This document shows, piece after piece, positions 22,373 through 31,966 of a DNA stretch of 64,000 nt. The notes under the pieces were generated by a model that saw nothing but the letters and a program-made list of their open reading frames with translations, had not been told where the DNA came from and did not search any database. The stretch lies in contig JAIORP010000158.1 in the NCBI GenBank assembly GCA_021108075.1, positions 5,740 through 69,739 of the forward strand, in the 5' to 3' direction. A program made the translations under genes and the position numbers. The first letter of the stretch is position 1. Every line of letters begins with the position of its first letter. This DNA comes from Candidatus Omnitrophota bacterium (GTDB taxonomy: Bacteria; Omnitrophota; Gorgyraeia; Zapsychrales; Zapsychraceae).

Positions 22373-23347
22373 ATGAACACGATTATCTGCGATTTATGCC
22401 CGAAACATTGCCGCCTGCGTCCAGGCGACCGGGGGAATTGCCGTGTCCGGACCAATCAGGACGGGAAATTACAAACGCTTGTTTATGGAAATCCCTGCGC
22501 GGTCCATGTTGACCCGATTGAAAAGAAACCCCTGTTTCATTTTTTACCGACGTCAAAGGCCTTCTCGATCGCGACCGCGGGGTGCAATCTGCATTGCAAA
22601 TATTGTCAAAACTGGCAAATTTCTCAACGCCCTCCGGAGGAAACGAATAATTATGATATGCCGCCAGAGATTGTGGTTGAAAAAGCCATTGAAACAGATT
22701 GCCAAAGTATTGCCTACACGTACACTGACCCGGTTATTTTCTATGAGTACGCGTTTGACACATCCAAGGCCGCCCATCAAAAGGGCATCCGCAATGTGCT
22801 GGTCACAGCCGCTTATATCGAACAAAAGCCGCTCAAGGATCTCTGCAAGTATACCGACGCGGCCAATGTGGACTTAAAAGGCATCACCGATGAATTTTAC
22901 CGCAAGATGTCAGACGCGACACTGCAGCCTGTCCTGGACGCCATCCTCACCATGATCAAGTTGGGGGTGTGGGTGGAATTAACCAATTTGATTGTGCCGA
23001 CCTGGAATGATCAAGAAAAGGATATCCGGCAATTATGCCGCTGGGTTTACAAAAACGCCGGACCGGACGTGCCAATGCATTTTTCAAGATTTTGGCCGCA
23101 ACATAAATTAAAAAATTTACCGCCAACACCGCTTAAGGTGATGAGCCGCGCCTGGGAGATCGCCAAGGAAGAAGGCCTTCATTTCCCGTATGTGGGCAAT
23201 GTGCCCGGTCATCCGGGGAATAACACCTATTGCCCCCATGACGGCAAAATCATTATCCGCCGGCGGGGATACATGATCACTGAAAACCATGTGATCAACG
23301 GACATTGCACGTTTTGTAAGAATTCAATCCCCGGGGTTTGGTCTTAG
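22373..23347 (+). CDS. amrS: AmmeMemoRadiSam-system radical SAM enzyme (PflA-like)
   Basis: CDLCPKHC..GNCRVR, VDPIEKKPLFHF, GCNLHCKYCQNWQISQ, HFSRFWP, C-terminal Zn-ribbon. Confidence 0.88.
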   Translation: MNTIICDLCPKHCRLRPGDRGNCRVRTNQDGKLQTLVYGNPCAVHVDPIEKKPLFHFLPTSKAFSIATAGCNLHCKYCQNWQISQRPPEETNNYDMPPEIVVEKAIETDCQSIAYTYTDPVIFYEYAFDTSKAAHQKGIRNVLVTAAYIEQKPLKDLCKYTDAANVDLKGITDEFYRKMSDATLQPVLDAILTMIKLGVWVELTNLIVPTWNDQEKDIRQLCRWVYKNAGPDVPMHFSRFWPQHKLKNLPPTPLKVMSRAWEIAKEEGLHFPYVGNVPGHPGNNTYCPHDGKIIIRRRGYMITENHVINGHCTFCKNSIPGVWS

Positions 23348-23377
23348 AAAAAACAGACGCCGGAACAAGGAGTGACG

Positions 23378-23542
23378 ATGAAAAAATTAACACGACGACA
23401 ATTCATGAAAATCAGCGCAACCTCTTTACTGGGTTTGCTTGTTTTGCCGTTCTGGCGGTTGTTCGCCAACAAAACAAAAAAAATCAGTAAACATGTTAAA
23501 GAAGCCAAATATTACGGTCAGGCCGACCATCTGGCCGGGTAA
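23378..23542 (+). CDS. Unannotated 54-aa twin-arginine (Tat) peptide
   Basis: My translation: MKKLTRRQFMKISATSLLGLLVLPFWRLFANKTKKISKHVKEAKYYGQADHLAG; AAGGAG RBS just upstream; TRRQFMK Tat motif. Confidence 0.75.
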   Translation: MKKLTRRQFMKISATSLLGLLVLPFWRLFANKTKKISKHVKEAKYYGQADHLAG

Positions 23543-23749
23543 AAAGGCAAGGACAGGGTGGCGGCTGAAGAAGGTTAGAACCTGTTTACTGCTTAACTAA
23601 GTATTGTATCCCCCAAATTTTATTGCACACATTCCAAATCTTGCAGGAATTATCTTGGATTCTTTCTCGAATAATTAATGCATAGGTAGCATATTTTACC
23701 TTTTACGGCTGGGTCGCATCATACAAACAGCACATTCAAAATTATGTGC

Positions 23750-23789
23750 AAGGGGCATAACCAAATATGAGTTATACCCCTTTCCTTTA
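23750..23789 (+). terminator. Putative intrinsic terminator
   Basis: AAGGGGCATAAC-loop-GTTATACCCCTT followed by TCCTTT, between convergent units. Confidence 0.4.
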
Positions 23790-23835
23790 ACGTTACAAAT
23801 TATCTAGCCGTAAGCTTGCAACTGCTTTCATTAAT

Positions 23836-26271
23836 TTATTCTTGTAATGAATCATAATCTTGCCCGTCGTCGATGGATGTTCCTTTACGGTTATGCGGCA
23901 CTGTTACATTGACAGAACCTGAGCAGCTTTCATAGTTATCGCTTGCTGTAAAATGCACCTCATACACCCGGCCGTTACCTTGGCCTGAACGTTCTGAACG
24001 AATGTAGACCTTTTCTTCTTGCGGGTCATCATAATTAACCACCGCATCCGGACTCGTATCTCCATCACCTAAACCATTCACAGGCTCATCTTGTGTGACC
24101 GCCTCAATCGTGATAAATAACTCATCACTTTGTGGATCAGCTAAATTATCGATTGAGATGAGCTTCATCTTATGGTTTGGAGACCATAAACTGAATGAAC
24201 TCGGGACAGCCTCATTGCAATTAGGTGGATCATTGATATTTTGGACATGAACGATCACTTCATCCGTATCAACATATTCCGCATCATCCACCGTCAACTG
24301 AAAGACGAAATCTTCACCGTCTAACTGTACAGCAGGAGCCGTAAACTGAGCGATAGCTTGATGCGCATTTTCAATCATAACTGTTGGTCCACTGATTTGA
24401 TCCCATTGGTATGCCAACGGATTATTCTCCGGATCATAACTCGCCGATCCGTCCAACGTGACGATTGAGAATTCATATCGCGTTAGTGGCCCTGGGCCGC
24501 CAGCGTCAGCAACGGGTGGTTGATTGATATGAATGATCAGTATTTGAACATAATCCGGCTCACTATCTTCGATGCCGTCATTAACGATCAATTCAAATTC
24601 CATTAATTCCCCTTCCACTGGCACAAGCACGGGAGCAGTAAAGGTCGCTTGACAATTTTCCAGCGGTGTTATGACAACAGTGGTACCAGCGATCTGGGTC
24701 CATTGACAGGCCAATGGTTCATTATCTAAATCATAACTGTTCGATCCATCAAGCAAAACTGCTTCTCCTTCAGGAATGCCAGGATCCAACTGATCATCAC
24801 CGGCATCCGCTATAGGTTTATTGTTCACATTAGTAACCGTGATATCAACCTCATCAGAATCCATGAGATCGTTAATTTCTGTGACTGTGAGCTTGAGGGT
24901 TAATGTCGCTCCACCAGTAGGCACGATAGGAGTTGTAAATTCAGGACGAATAGGATCGCTGAGATCCAAGTCTACTGTTGGTCCGGCAATTTGTTCCCAT
25001 TGATAAGTTAGGTCAAACCCTTCACTACCTTCAGCGTTTAATGTTACTATACTATTTTCTGCTACCGATTGATCTACCCCGGCATTAGCCCGTGGATGTG
25101 AAACAGCAATCCCTAAACCATAAGAATTAATTGGATACTGTATATTTGAAAACACGATTTCTTTTATATTATCGTTGTTATAATCAACGGCTGTATTAAC
25201 TCTGCTAGCTTTATATTCCTGGGCTAAAGTTTCTGGGTCAGAAAAAGATCCTTGTCCATCGCCGTAATATATTCTTATGCCGGGATAATTATCCTTGCCT
25301 CCCAAGGCAATATCCAAAAATCCGTCGCCATTGACATCATTAACCGGGATAGACCAGGAAGAATTTTGGTTCCCTATTCCACTGGCTAGAATATCTATTT
25401 CTTCCACGGTCCATGTTAAATTATTTAAATTGTCTACATTTCCCCAAAATACAATAAGTTTGCGTTCATCGGTTGCTTCTTCATAGATATCAGTGGCAAT
25501 GTCGATATATCCATCATTATTTAAATCGTCTGTCCCATCTTTCCATGATTGACTTTTGAAGAGAGATGAATGACTTCTGAGAGTTGACCAGACACGATTA
25601 CCTTCATTTATGTAAGATCCGATAAAAACGCTTGCGCCCAACCGCGCTTTTCCGATTAGATCAACAAAGCCGTCATTGTTAATATCTTTAGGCATTAAAA
25701 AAGCAGCTTCTACTGGTGCCGGGCCGCTAATTAAATTTCCTTGCCCATCACCGTAAAATATCTTATTCACTCCGGTAACAGTAAGTCCGAAAACATCCAA
25801 ATGACCATCTTGATCAAAATCTAACACTTCCACCTGATTACCATAGGTTCCGTTTATAAAAACTTCGGTCCAATTCCCAGGTCCATTATTGAGATAAAGT
25901 CTAAAACCTTGAAATCGTAAAGCAACCACAATGTCCATATTTCCATCTTCATTAAAATCACCCACACCAACATCCACTGGATCATAATCTAAGTTGGTTA
26001 TACTATCAACAACATTCCAGGTTTGCGTTTCTGTGTCATATTTCCAAATTTCAACAGCCATGGAGGCTCCATTATGTCCACGGCAGGTAAGTAATTCTTG
26101 AATACCGTCGCCGTCCATGTCTGCATTCTGGCTAAAGCCTTTATAAAAGATTGTTTCATTCATAAGTTCTACTGGTTGCCAGGCGGCATGGCAGACAAAA
26201 CAAAACGTAAGCATAAAAAATATTAGTGGTACCAACCTCATAAGAAAACCTTTTGTTCTACTGTGACCCAT
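23836..26271 (-). CDS. Secreted FG-GAP/VCBS beta-propeller + three PKD/REJ-like Ig domains + C-terminal WxPNHK domain
   Basis: Signal peptide; seven DxN/DxDG-like repeats; three A[ND]AG...VxLxxxxS...WxQIxG repeats; LWSPNHKM...RSERSGQGNGRVY tail. Confidence 0.85.
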   Translation of the reverse strand: MGHSRTKGFLMRLVPLIFFMLTFCFVCHAAWQPVELMNETIFYKGFSQNADMDGDGIQELLTCRGHNGASMAVEIWKYDTETQTWNVVDSITNLDYDPVDVGVGDFNEDGNMDIVVALRFQGFRLYLNNGPGNWTEVFINGTYGNQVEVLDFDQDGHLDVFGLTVTGVNKIFYGDGQGNLISGPAPVEAAFLMPKDINNDGFVDLIGKARLGASVFIGSYINEGNRVWSTLRSHSSLFKSQSWKDGTDDLNNDGYIDIATDIYEEATDERKLIVFWGNVDNLNNLTWTVEEIDILASGIGNQNSSWSIPVNDVNGDGFLDIALGGKDNYPGIRIYYGDGQGSFSDPETLAQEYKASRVNTAVDYNNDNIKEIVFSNIQYPINSYGLGIAVSHPRANAGVDQSVAENSIVTLNAEGSEGFDLTYQWEQIAGPTVDLDLSDPIRPEFTTPIVPTGGATLTLKLTVTEINDLMDSDEVDITVTNVNNKPIADAGDDQLDPGIPEGEAVLLDGSNSYDLDNEPLACQWTQIAGTTVVITPLENCQATFTAPVLVPVEGELMEFELIVNDGIEDSEPDYVQILIIHINQPPVADAGGPGPLTRYEFSIVTLDGSASYDPENNPLAYQWDQISGPTVMIENAHQAIAQFTAPAVQLDGEDFVFQLTVDDAEYVDTDEVIVHVQNINDPPNCNEAVPSSFSLWSPNHKMKLISIDNLADPQSDELFITIEAVTQDEPVNGLGDGDTSPDAVVNYDDPQEEKVYIRSERSGQGNGRVYEVHFTASDNYESCSGSVNVTVPHNRKGTSIDDGQDYDSLQE

Positions 26272-26694
26272 AATCCCCTCCTGTTTTATAGTATTTGTTC
26301 AATATGTTAGCAGTATATTGTCATTTCAAAATGCTGTCAACACGATATCGTGTGACAATCAGATTCACAAATTCCGAAGTAGAATCCGGAAAATAAAAAA
26401 AATAGCGATGATGTAATAAAACTCGCCATTCGATCTTGATCAACCATGAATTTTTTTGGCTTCTAAAGATTAATTGTTTATTCGAATTTTATTTGGGTCG
26501 TCTGGATGGATCTTGAACACACTCTTCCCTTGGGATTTGCTATCAGGATTATTTTTCTGTGATGATTGTCCTAGCAAGCAGATAATGAGATTATAACACA
26601 GTAAAATTGGGTAACACTCTAATTAAATTTCAAGAAAAAACAAAAAGGAATATTACCAGAAAAGTCAACAATTTTCACTCTTCGATTTCCCTGC

Positions 26695-27216
26695 TTACGG
26701 TCTTTTCGGCATAAACTCACCAGGACCGCTTTTGTGCACACCATGAAATCTTCCGCTTTTCCCCATCATTTTCCCGGCTTTATCATGAAATTTCCGGAAT
26801 TGTTCCGGGGTTAAAATCTCGCGCAATTGAAGAATTCCTTCTAAACGGTGATCCGCCATCTCATTCTCAAGAACTTTAATCTGATCATGAAGACCATAGA
26901 CCTTTGCTGTATCAATTTCTGCCTTTTCCAGTTCCGTCTTTAGCTTATCCCGAAAATCCATCATCTTCTCCATATATTCTTTAATCTGACCCCTGTGACT
27001 GCCTCGATGTTTTTCAAGTTTTTGCTGTTGTTCTTCTGTTACGCCAAGATCTTCTCTCATTTTTTTTCTCATTTTCTCTTTTCGCTCCCGCATATGCTCG
27101 ATCATTTCCACTTCCTCCGGGGCTAAATCCTCAAATTCTTGTGCGAATGCATAACCAGAACTTCCCAAGATTCCAACCAGGGTAATCATTGCGACGGCTT
27201 GTAATGTTTTTTTCAT
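26695..27216 (-). CDS. Spy/CpxP-family periplasmic protein
   Basis: Signal peptide AFA-Q; LGVTEEQ and ILTPEQ motifs; Met/His-rich. Confidence 0.82.
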   Translation of the reverse strand: MKKTLQAVAMITLVGILGSSGYAFAQEFEDLAPEEVEMIEHMRERKEKMRKKMREDLGVTEEQQQKLEKHRGSHRGQIKEYMEKMMDFRDKLKTELEKAEIDTAKVYGLHDQIKVLENEMADHRLEGILQLREILTPEQFRKFHDKAGKMMGKSGRFHGVHKSGPGEFMPKRP

Positions 27217-27257
27217 CACGCTCACTCCTTTTTAAAATTTTTATTATCGTTACCAAC

Positions 27258-27285
27258 TTAGATCCTTTTACGAAAATAAAGTTCC
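27258..27285 (-). promoter_or_regulatory. ECF (sigmaE-like) promoter upstream of spy/cpxP
   Basis: GGAACTT-16 nt-TCTAA, near-identical to the copy at 28399-28426. Confidence 0.75.
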
Positions 27286-27289
27286 AGAA

Positions 27290-27829
27290 CTAAAGAAAAT
27301 ATTGCTCTACGGATGTGCCATAATCCGTAGTGTCTTCTTCATTGAAATAATACGCTAGATATTCGTCTTGATCAGCTGTTTCTTTCGACGCTACAAGCAC
27401 TTCTTGCTTGATTTGGTTTTGATCCTGCCCTTGATTTTGGTTCACTAAATAGGGTTGTTTCACACTAGCACTTAAGAGAAAAAACAGCACGACTAAGACC
27501 GCAAAAACCCCCCAAACAAAAACAGGTTCAGGGAAAAATATTATTTTCTTCCATCGCTCAATAAGACCAAACTCTTGTTGACACTCCGGTGTATCCTTTT
27601 TTTCATTTTGAATGTCTTCTTGTAACCTCGCCCAAACAACAGCCCTCGATCGATCATATTTTTTAGCCTTCATGAAAGGTTCAACCGTTGTTTGTTGTGC
27701 CAAAACAAAAAACTCTTTGCAATCTCTACAGGATGCAAGATGACTTTCTAATAGACCTTTCTTACCTTGATGTATTTCTCCATCTAAATAATCTGTGAGT
27801 ATCAACTCTTGAATCTCTTTACAATTCAT
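27290..27829 (-). CDS. zf-HC2 membrane anti-sigma factor
   Basis: MNCKEIQ...YLDGE...HLASCRDC followed by one TM helix. Confidence 0.88.
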   Translation of the reverse strand: MNCKEIQELILTDYLDGEIHQGKKGLLESHLASCRDCKEFFVLAQQTTVEPFMKAKKYDRSRAVVWARLQEDIQNEKKDTPECQQEFGLIERWKKIIFFPEPVFVWGVFAVLVVLFFLLSASVKQPYLVNQNQGQDQNQIKQEVLVASKETADQDEYLAYYFNEEDTTDYGTSVEQYFL

Positions 27830-28379
27830 GCGGGGCCGCCTCTCTTCTCAATGCAAGCATAGCTTCTCTTGCTCTTTTTATTCTTGAACGCACTGTATTA
27901 ATGGGAATTCTTAAGGTATCCGCGATCTCCTTGTAGCTCAAACCTTGTATACTTCGCAAAACAATACATGTTCTTTGCTCCAAATATAAATGACCTAACA
28001 ATTTATGGATCACTTTCTCATTCTCTTCTTCATCGATTCTGTCTCGAATGTCTTTCATAGGAGCGGCTATGGGATTCGTTTCATCGTATTCAACCACGCC
28101 TTTTATCTGCTTGCTTTTTTTTTGAGAATATTTTAAAGCACAATTGATTGTTATTCGATAAATCCATGTTTTAAGCGAAGACTGTTGACGAAAAGCGCTT
28201 ATTTTCCTATAAACGGTCATAAAGACTTCCTGGCATATCTCTTCCGCTTCTTCTCTCTTGCTAACAATACGAAAAGCAACATTGAAAACAAAACCAAAGT
28301 ATTCCCTGTAAATTGATTCAAAAGCACGTTCATCTCCCTGAATCGCCTGTTGTACTATGTCATCTGTCATATTTCGCAT
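27819..28379 (-). CDS. ECF RNA polymerase sigma factor
   Basis: GDERAF, AEEICQEVF, TWIYRITIN, GLSYKEIA...TVRSRIKRAR. Confidence 0.92.
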   Translation of the reverse strand: MRNMTDDIVQQAIQGDERAFESIYREYFGFVFNVAFRIVSKREEAEEICQEVFMTVYRKISAFRQQSSLKTWIYRITINCALKYSQKKSKQIKGVVEYDETNPIAAPMKDIRDRIDEEENEKVIHKLLGHLYLEQRTCIVLRSIQGLSYKEIADTLRIPINTVRSRIKRAREAMLALRREAAPHEL

Positions 28380-28398
28380 TACTTTCTTTTATATATCC

Positions 28399-28426
28399 TT
28401 AGATCCCTTTTAACAAAAAAAGTTCC
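28399..28426 (-). promoter_or_regulatory. Autoregulatory ECF promoter
   Basis: GGAACTT-16 nt-TCTAA about 20 nt upstream of the sigma start codon. Confidence 0.78.
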
Positions 28427-28529
28427 CGATTTAATTCTCATTATTATCTAAATACTCTTGTTTAACATAGAGCACCTATTGTTTCAAAAAAATATGCAGT
28501 TTTGTAGAAAGTTACTGAGAAATAATCTA

Positions 28530-29339
28530 TTAAGGAAGATTCCAGCGCTTGCGGTTGCTCAGAACCGTCTCAGCCGCGACCTTTTGCAAGTAGGCCGCTT
28601 TTGTTTGGCCGAGATTGTACGGGTCACCGGTTCCTTGAGGACTTTCTTGAAAGATCACACTGAAAAAAACACATGCGGCTAAATACGATCCCATCTGATT
28701 CGGATGGCTGTTATCCTGTTCCCAGAAATCCAGCAAGGGGGCGTCCAGACGCGCTTTTTGAAAAGCCAGGCCCACGGGAGCGACCGTCGCATTGAGTTCT
28801 TTTGCGATGGTCATGTATCCAGAGGATACACGCATCTGCATCTCTTTGTAATTCCTGAAGCCATGTTTGGCCAGCCCATTCCGGCGGCCCCACGTCATAA
28901 AAAAAATAGTTTTTGCCCCGGAACGGCGGATCATCCGGTCTAACTTGCGTGCGGCCGGATACATATTCTTCATCCGGTAAGACGATACGGAGGGGATGAT
29001 ACTTTGTTCCTGTAAAACAACATAATCCCAACGAGTTTGTTTGATCTTCGAGAGTGTGGCTTGATTGGCTGAGTGTTTCGATAAGGTCCATCCTCCCGGC
29101 GCAATCAGATCAATGTCAACCTGATAGCCTTTTTGGCGGGCGATCCGGACGAACATTTGCGGCATGCTATTAAAAAAGGTATAGCTATTACCGATAAATA
29201 AAACTTTAACAGATTCCTGATCTTTCGCCTGCGCACGTGACAGCGGCAAAAAAAAGAAACACAATAAAAACAACATTCCAAAAATAATAAAAACGCGTCG
29301 CTTTTTCATATCAAAATTCGAAACCCGACCTGGTGACAT
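28530..29339 (-). CDS. Secreted SGNH/GDSL hydrolase (DUF4886-like)
   Basis: VLFIGNSYT, WDYVVLQEQS, DNSHPN catalytic blocks; real start may be MKKRR at about 29309. Confidence 0.82.
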   Translation of the reverse strand: MSPGRVSNFDMKKRRVFIIFGMLFLLCFFFLPLSRAQAKDQESVKVLFIGNSYTFFNSMPQMFVRIARQKGYQVDIDLIAPGGWTLSKHSANQATLSKIKQTRWDYVVLQEQSIIPSVSSYRMKNMYPAARKLDRMIRRSGAKTIFFMTWGRRNGLAKHGFRNYKEMQMRVSSGYMTIAKELNATVAPVGLAFQKARLDAPLLDFWEQDNSHPNQMGSYLAACVFFSVIFQESPQGTGDPYNLGQTKAAYLQKVAAETVLSNRKRWNLP

Positions 29340-29660
29340 CGATCATTTTAGACTCGGTTAAATTCTTTCTGGTATAGCTCTGAAGTGACACAAATGAAAT
29401 AATCAAAAAACAGGATAAAATCCGTCTCAAGGCATGTGTTTTCATGTTTAGAAACATAATGACATTACTTGTTCAGTGTCTGTTGGGTAGGTTTAATATA
29501 AATATATATTTCGCACGTCTAAGTATAATATATATATTTTATAGTGCAACTTCTCCCGGCGGACAAAATGATTGTCTCATAAATGGCAGGGCTGGCGGAT
29601 AGAATACATCCTTTTTTAAATATGGCGGAATATATACGGAATTAGCCTGACAAAATCCGT

Positions 29661-29808
29661 CCAGGAGGCTGTCCGAAAATAGAATTTTTGTTCAGAACAA
29701 GGCGCGATACGAGAGAAAACCCACAGGCGTACATGTGTACGTTGAGGATTTTTACGAGTTTCGCAACGCAGGACTGGACAAAAACATCATTATCGGACAG
29801 CCTCCTGG
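29661..29808. mobile_element. Second MITE-like palindromic element (about 148 bp, family B)
   Basis: CCAGGAGGCTGTCCGAAAAT ... ATTATCGGACAGCCTCCTGG terminal inverted repeats with internal dyad CGTACA-TG-TGTACG; no transposase. Confidence 0.65.
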
Positions 29809-30014
29809 TCGGATTGCCCCATAAACTCAAACCGGGAGGCTAAGTCTTCTATCATCGAAGCCAGAACAGTCTCATGGCTTAAACGCTGATCGGATGATAC
29901 CGCCTCTTGCTGAATGCTTGCCGTTGACGCGATGCATAAAGAGAACAAAAAGGCCGTGATAACATAAAACGTCTTAACGGTCAAATTTGTCTCCTGTTCA
30001 AAAATATCTTCCAT
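29790..30014 (-). CDS. Small hypothetical secreted/membrane protein whose C-terminus lies in the family B element
   Basis: RBS AAGGTG, hydrophobic segment; stop codon falls inside the TIR. Confidence 0.4.
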   Translation of the reverse strand: MEDIFEQETNLTVKTFYVITAFLFSLCIASTASIQQEAVSSDQRLSHETVLASMIEDLASRFEFMGQSDQEAVR

Positions 30015-30084
30015 GGGAGCACCTTTTTTATGAATGTTAGAAATAATTCCATAGCAAAACTAAAAATAGTATAAAAAAGGCGCG

Positions 30085-30366
30085 TTAAATCCGTATGTCG
30101 AAAATGTTACTGTTGTGTAAATCATGCGGTTTTTGTTGGATCTCTCCGATTGGGGAAAAGCGCTGAAATCCGGAAGCGGGCTGTTTCAGGAATTCCAGCT
30201 TTTCAAATGTTGAAGTCCTGCAAAAAATCTGATTGCGGTGCGGATAACGGCCAAACTGCTCAATGACGGCCTTATGTTTGATCTTAAAATCACAATTCAA
30301 CTGGATCCCATTATTGCGGAACAAATCCACCAAACAAACTTGTCCGGACATACGCGGGCTCATCAA
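30085..30366 (-). pseudogene. Remnant of a DUF924-family gene (C-terminal part only)
   Basis: HKAVIEQFGRYPHRNQIFCRTSTFEKLEFLKQPASGF matches the recalled DUF924 C-terminal signature (FGRFPHRN..LGR.ST.EE..FL); N-terminal part absent. Confidence 0.6.
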
Positions 30367-30367
30367 T

Positions 30368-30982
30368 CTAAAACAGGCCCATGACCAGCCGGGCTAACTG
30401 CCATACGACAAAATAAAAAACACCGCCAATGACAGGCGCCATGTAAGCCAGCATTTTAATACTCCGACTAATGGGCAAATCCTTCTTTTTCTGCTGATCC
30501 GGATACGTATTGTTGACAACCTTGATATTGCTCCACCGATCATGCCACCACGTCGAATTAAAATCATCCTGGCTCTTAACGACGAGTGGTTCAAACGGCA
30601 GCAAACGCAACAGGCTTCTGATCCATACTTGCTTGGCCGTGGGCGGCCCTTCACCCAGATGGCAAATCTTCGTGCGGGTGAGATATTTGGAGGGTGTCTT
30701 CTGGAACCAGGTCTCAAAAACGTAATAGTACACAATAAAACAAACGCCAAACACGCAGAATAAAAATAACTCGGCAATCCGATTGAACGTCTCCGGCAGT
30801 TGACTGAACCATAATATGTCAAGAAAACCTTTCACAATATAAAAAGCAATACTGATCAAAACCAAATCAATTACAAAATTTAAAAACCGTTTCCACACAT
30901 CAGCATGCGCATAAACAGTGTTAAAGCCGCGCCATTCCTTTATGTAGTCCGGTTTAACGACTTCAAAATCAGGATCGCACAT
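30368..30982 (-). CDS. RDD-family membrane protein
   Basis: KRFLNFVID, YYYVFE..QKTPSK, RSLLRLLPFE, WHDRWS. Confidence 0.82.
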   Translation of the reverse strand: MCDPDFEVVKPDYIKEWRGFNTVYAHADVWKRFLNFVIDLVLISIAFYIVKGFLDILWFSQLPETFNRIAELFLFCVFGVCFIVYYYVFETWFQKTPSKYLTRTKICHLGEGPPTAKQVWIRSLLRLLPFEPLVVKSQDDFNSTWWHDRWSNIKVVNNTYPDQQKKKDLPISRSIKMLAYMAPVIGGVFYFVVWQLARLVMGLF

Positions 30983-31018
30983 CGCCCTCTCCTTTATAGC
31001 AATATTTCTCTCTTTCCA

Positions 31019-31966
31019 TTATTCGAACCGTTTCATTTTATAATAGATCCCCTCATCAACGATATAAAAAAATAATGTTTTTTTCTGGTATGGCTTGAAG
31101 GAAAATATATCTGTCTGGATATCTGGAAGTTTGGAAAGATCCAGCTCCTTTTGCTGCATCTCGAATTGCAGCATGATCTCCGCCAGATAGACCTTTGATG
31201 GAGAAAAGTTGGGGTTCGCCCGCAAACTGTCCTTCAAGAACGTCACACCCTTTTCATATGCTTTTAACTCCAGACATGCCAGGGCCGCCAGATAATAAAA
31301 GACCTCTTGTTTGTCAGGGACTTTCCCGGCACCGATGACAGCGGCACGCAATAGCGAATGAAAATCATTCCGCGCAGCATAACTGCTCATAAGATATAGA
31401 TAACCATCGACATATGCCTTCTGAAGCATCAGCGGCATATTGTCCGGATCAACCGGCAGATATTCATTCTGCTGATTGATCGACGTCAATTTCCCCCCTC
31501 GCTGAAAGATATCATTGCACCGCAGATCAACATTTCCTTTGAAATACGATATGGCACTCTGGTAATCTTTCTGTTCATACGCCAGTACCCCTAAATTATA
31601 ATTGATACCAAAAGCATCCTTTTTTTGCTGATACGCCCGCTCAAACATTTTATGGGCGAGCTCCGGTTCGTCTAAGGCCACATAACACCAGCCCATGTTG
31701 TTGTAGCTGATCGGGGCTTGATCAAAAATTTTAATAATACAGGAGTAATAACGTAATGCTGCCCTTAAACGTCTTTGCTGAAAAGGAGCCTGCCCCATAA
31801 CAGAATGATTCAAGTACATCATTTCTGAGTTCAAATGATCCAATGTTCGAAAGACAATCCGGTTGTGGTCCAGCAAAAAAACGCACAGCAATAAAAGCGC
31901 GCCATAGATGCTGACATACCGCCCCAGTATAAGCCCCATCATTTTTTTCAGGCTGCTTATTTTCAT
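31019..31966 (-). CDS. Membrane-anchored TPR protein (module 2)
   Basis: N-terminal TM; YNNMGWCY, INYNLGVLAY, SLRANPNF TPR motifs. Confidence 0.78.
   Translation of the reverse strand: MKISSLKKMMGLILGRYVSIYGALLLLCVFLLDHNRIVFRTLDHLNSEMMYLNHSVMGQAPFQQRRLRAALRYYSCIIKIFDQAPISYNNMGWCYVALDEPELAHKMFERAYQQKKDAFGINYNLGVLAYEQKDYQSAISYFKGNVDLRCNDIFQRGGKLTSINQQNEYLPVDPDNMPLMLQKAYVDGYLYLMSSYAARNDFHSLLRAAVIGAGKVPDKQEVFYYLAALACLELKAYEKGVTFLKDSLRANPNFSPSKVYLAEIMLQFEMQQKELDLSKLPDIQTDIFSFKPYQKKTLFFYIVDEGIYYKMKRFE

Noticed and set aside
23574-23590. TAGAACCTGTTTAC resembling an IS5-type terminal repeat
   Set aside because: No partner inverted repeat was found nearby
26300-26690. Possible gene remnant in the long spacer upstream of the FG-GAP gene
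   Set aside because: Only short open stretches, with no family signature I can support
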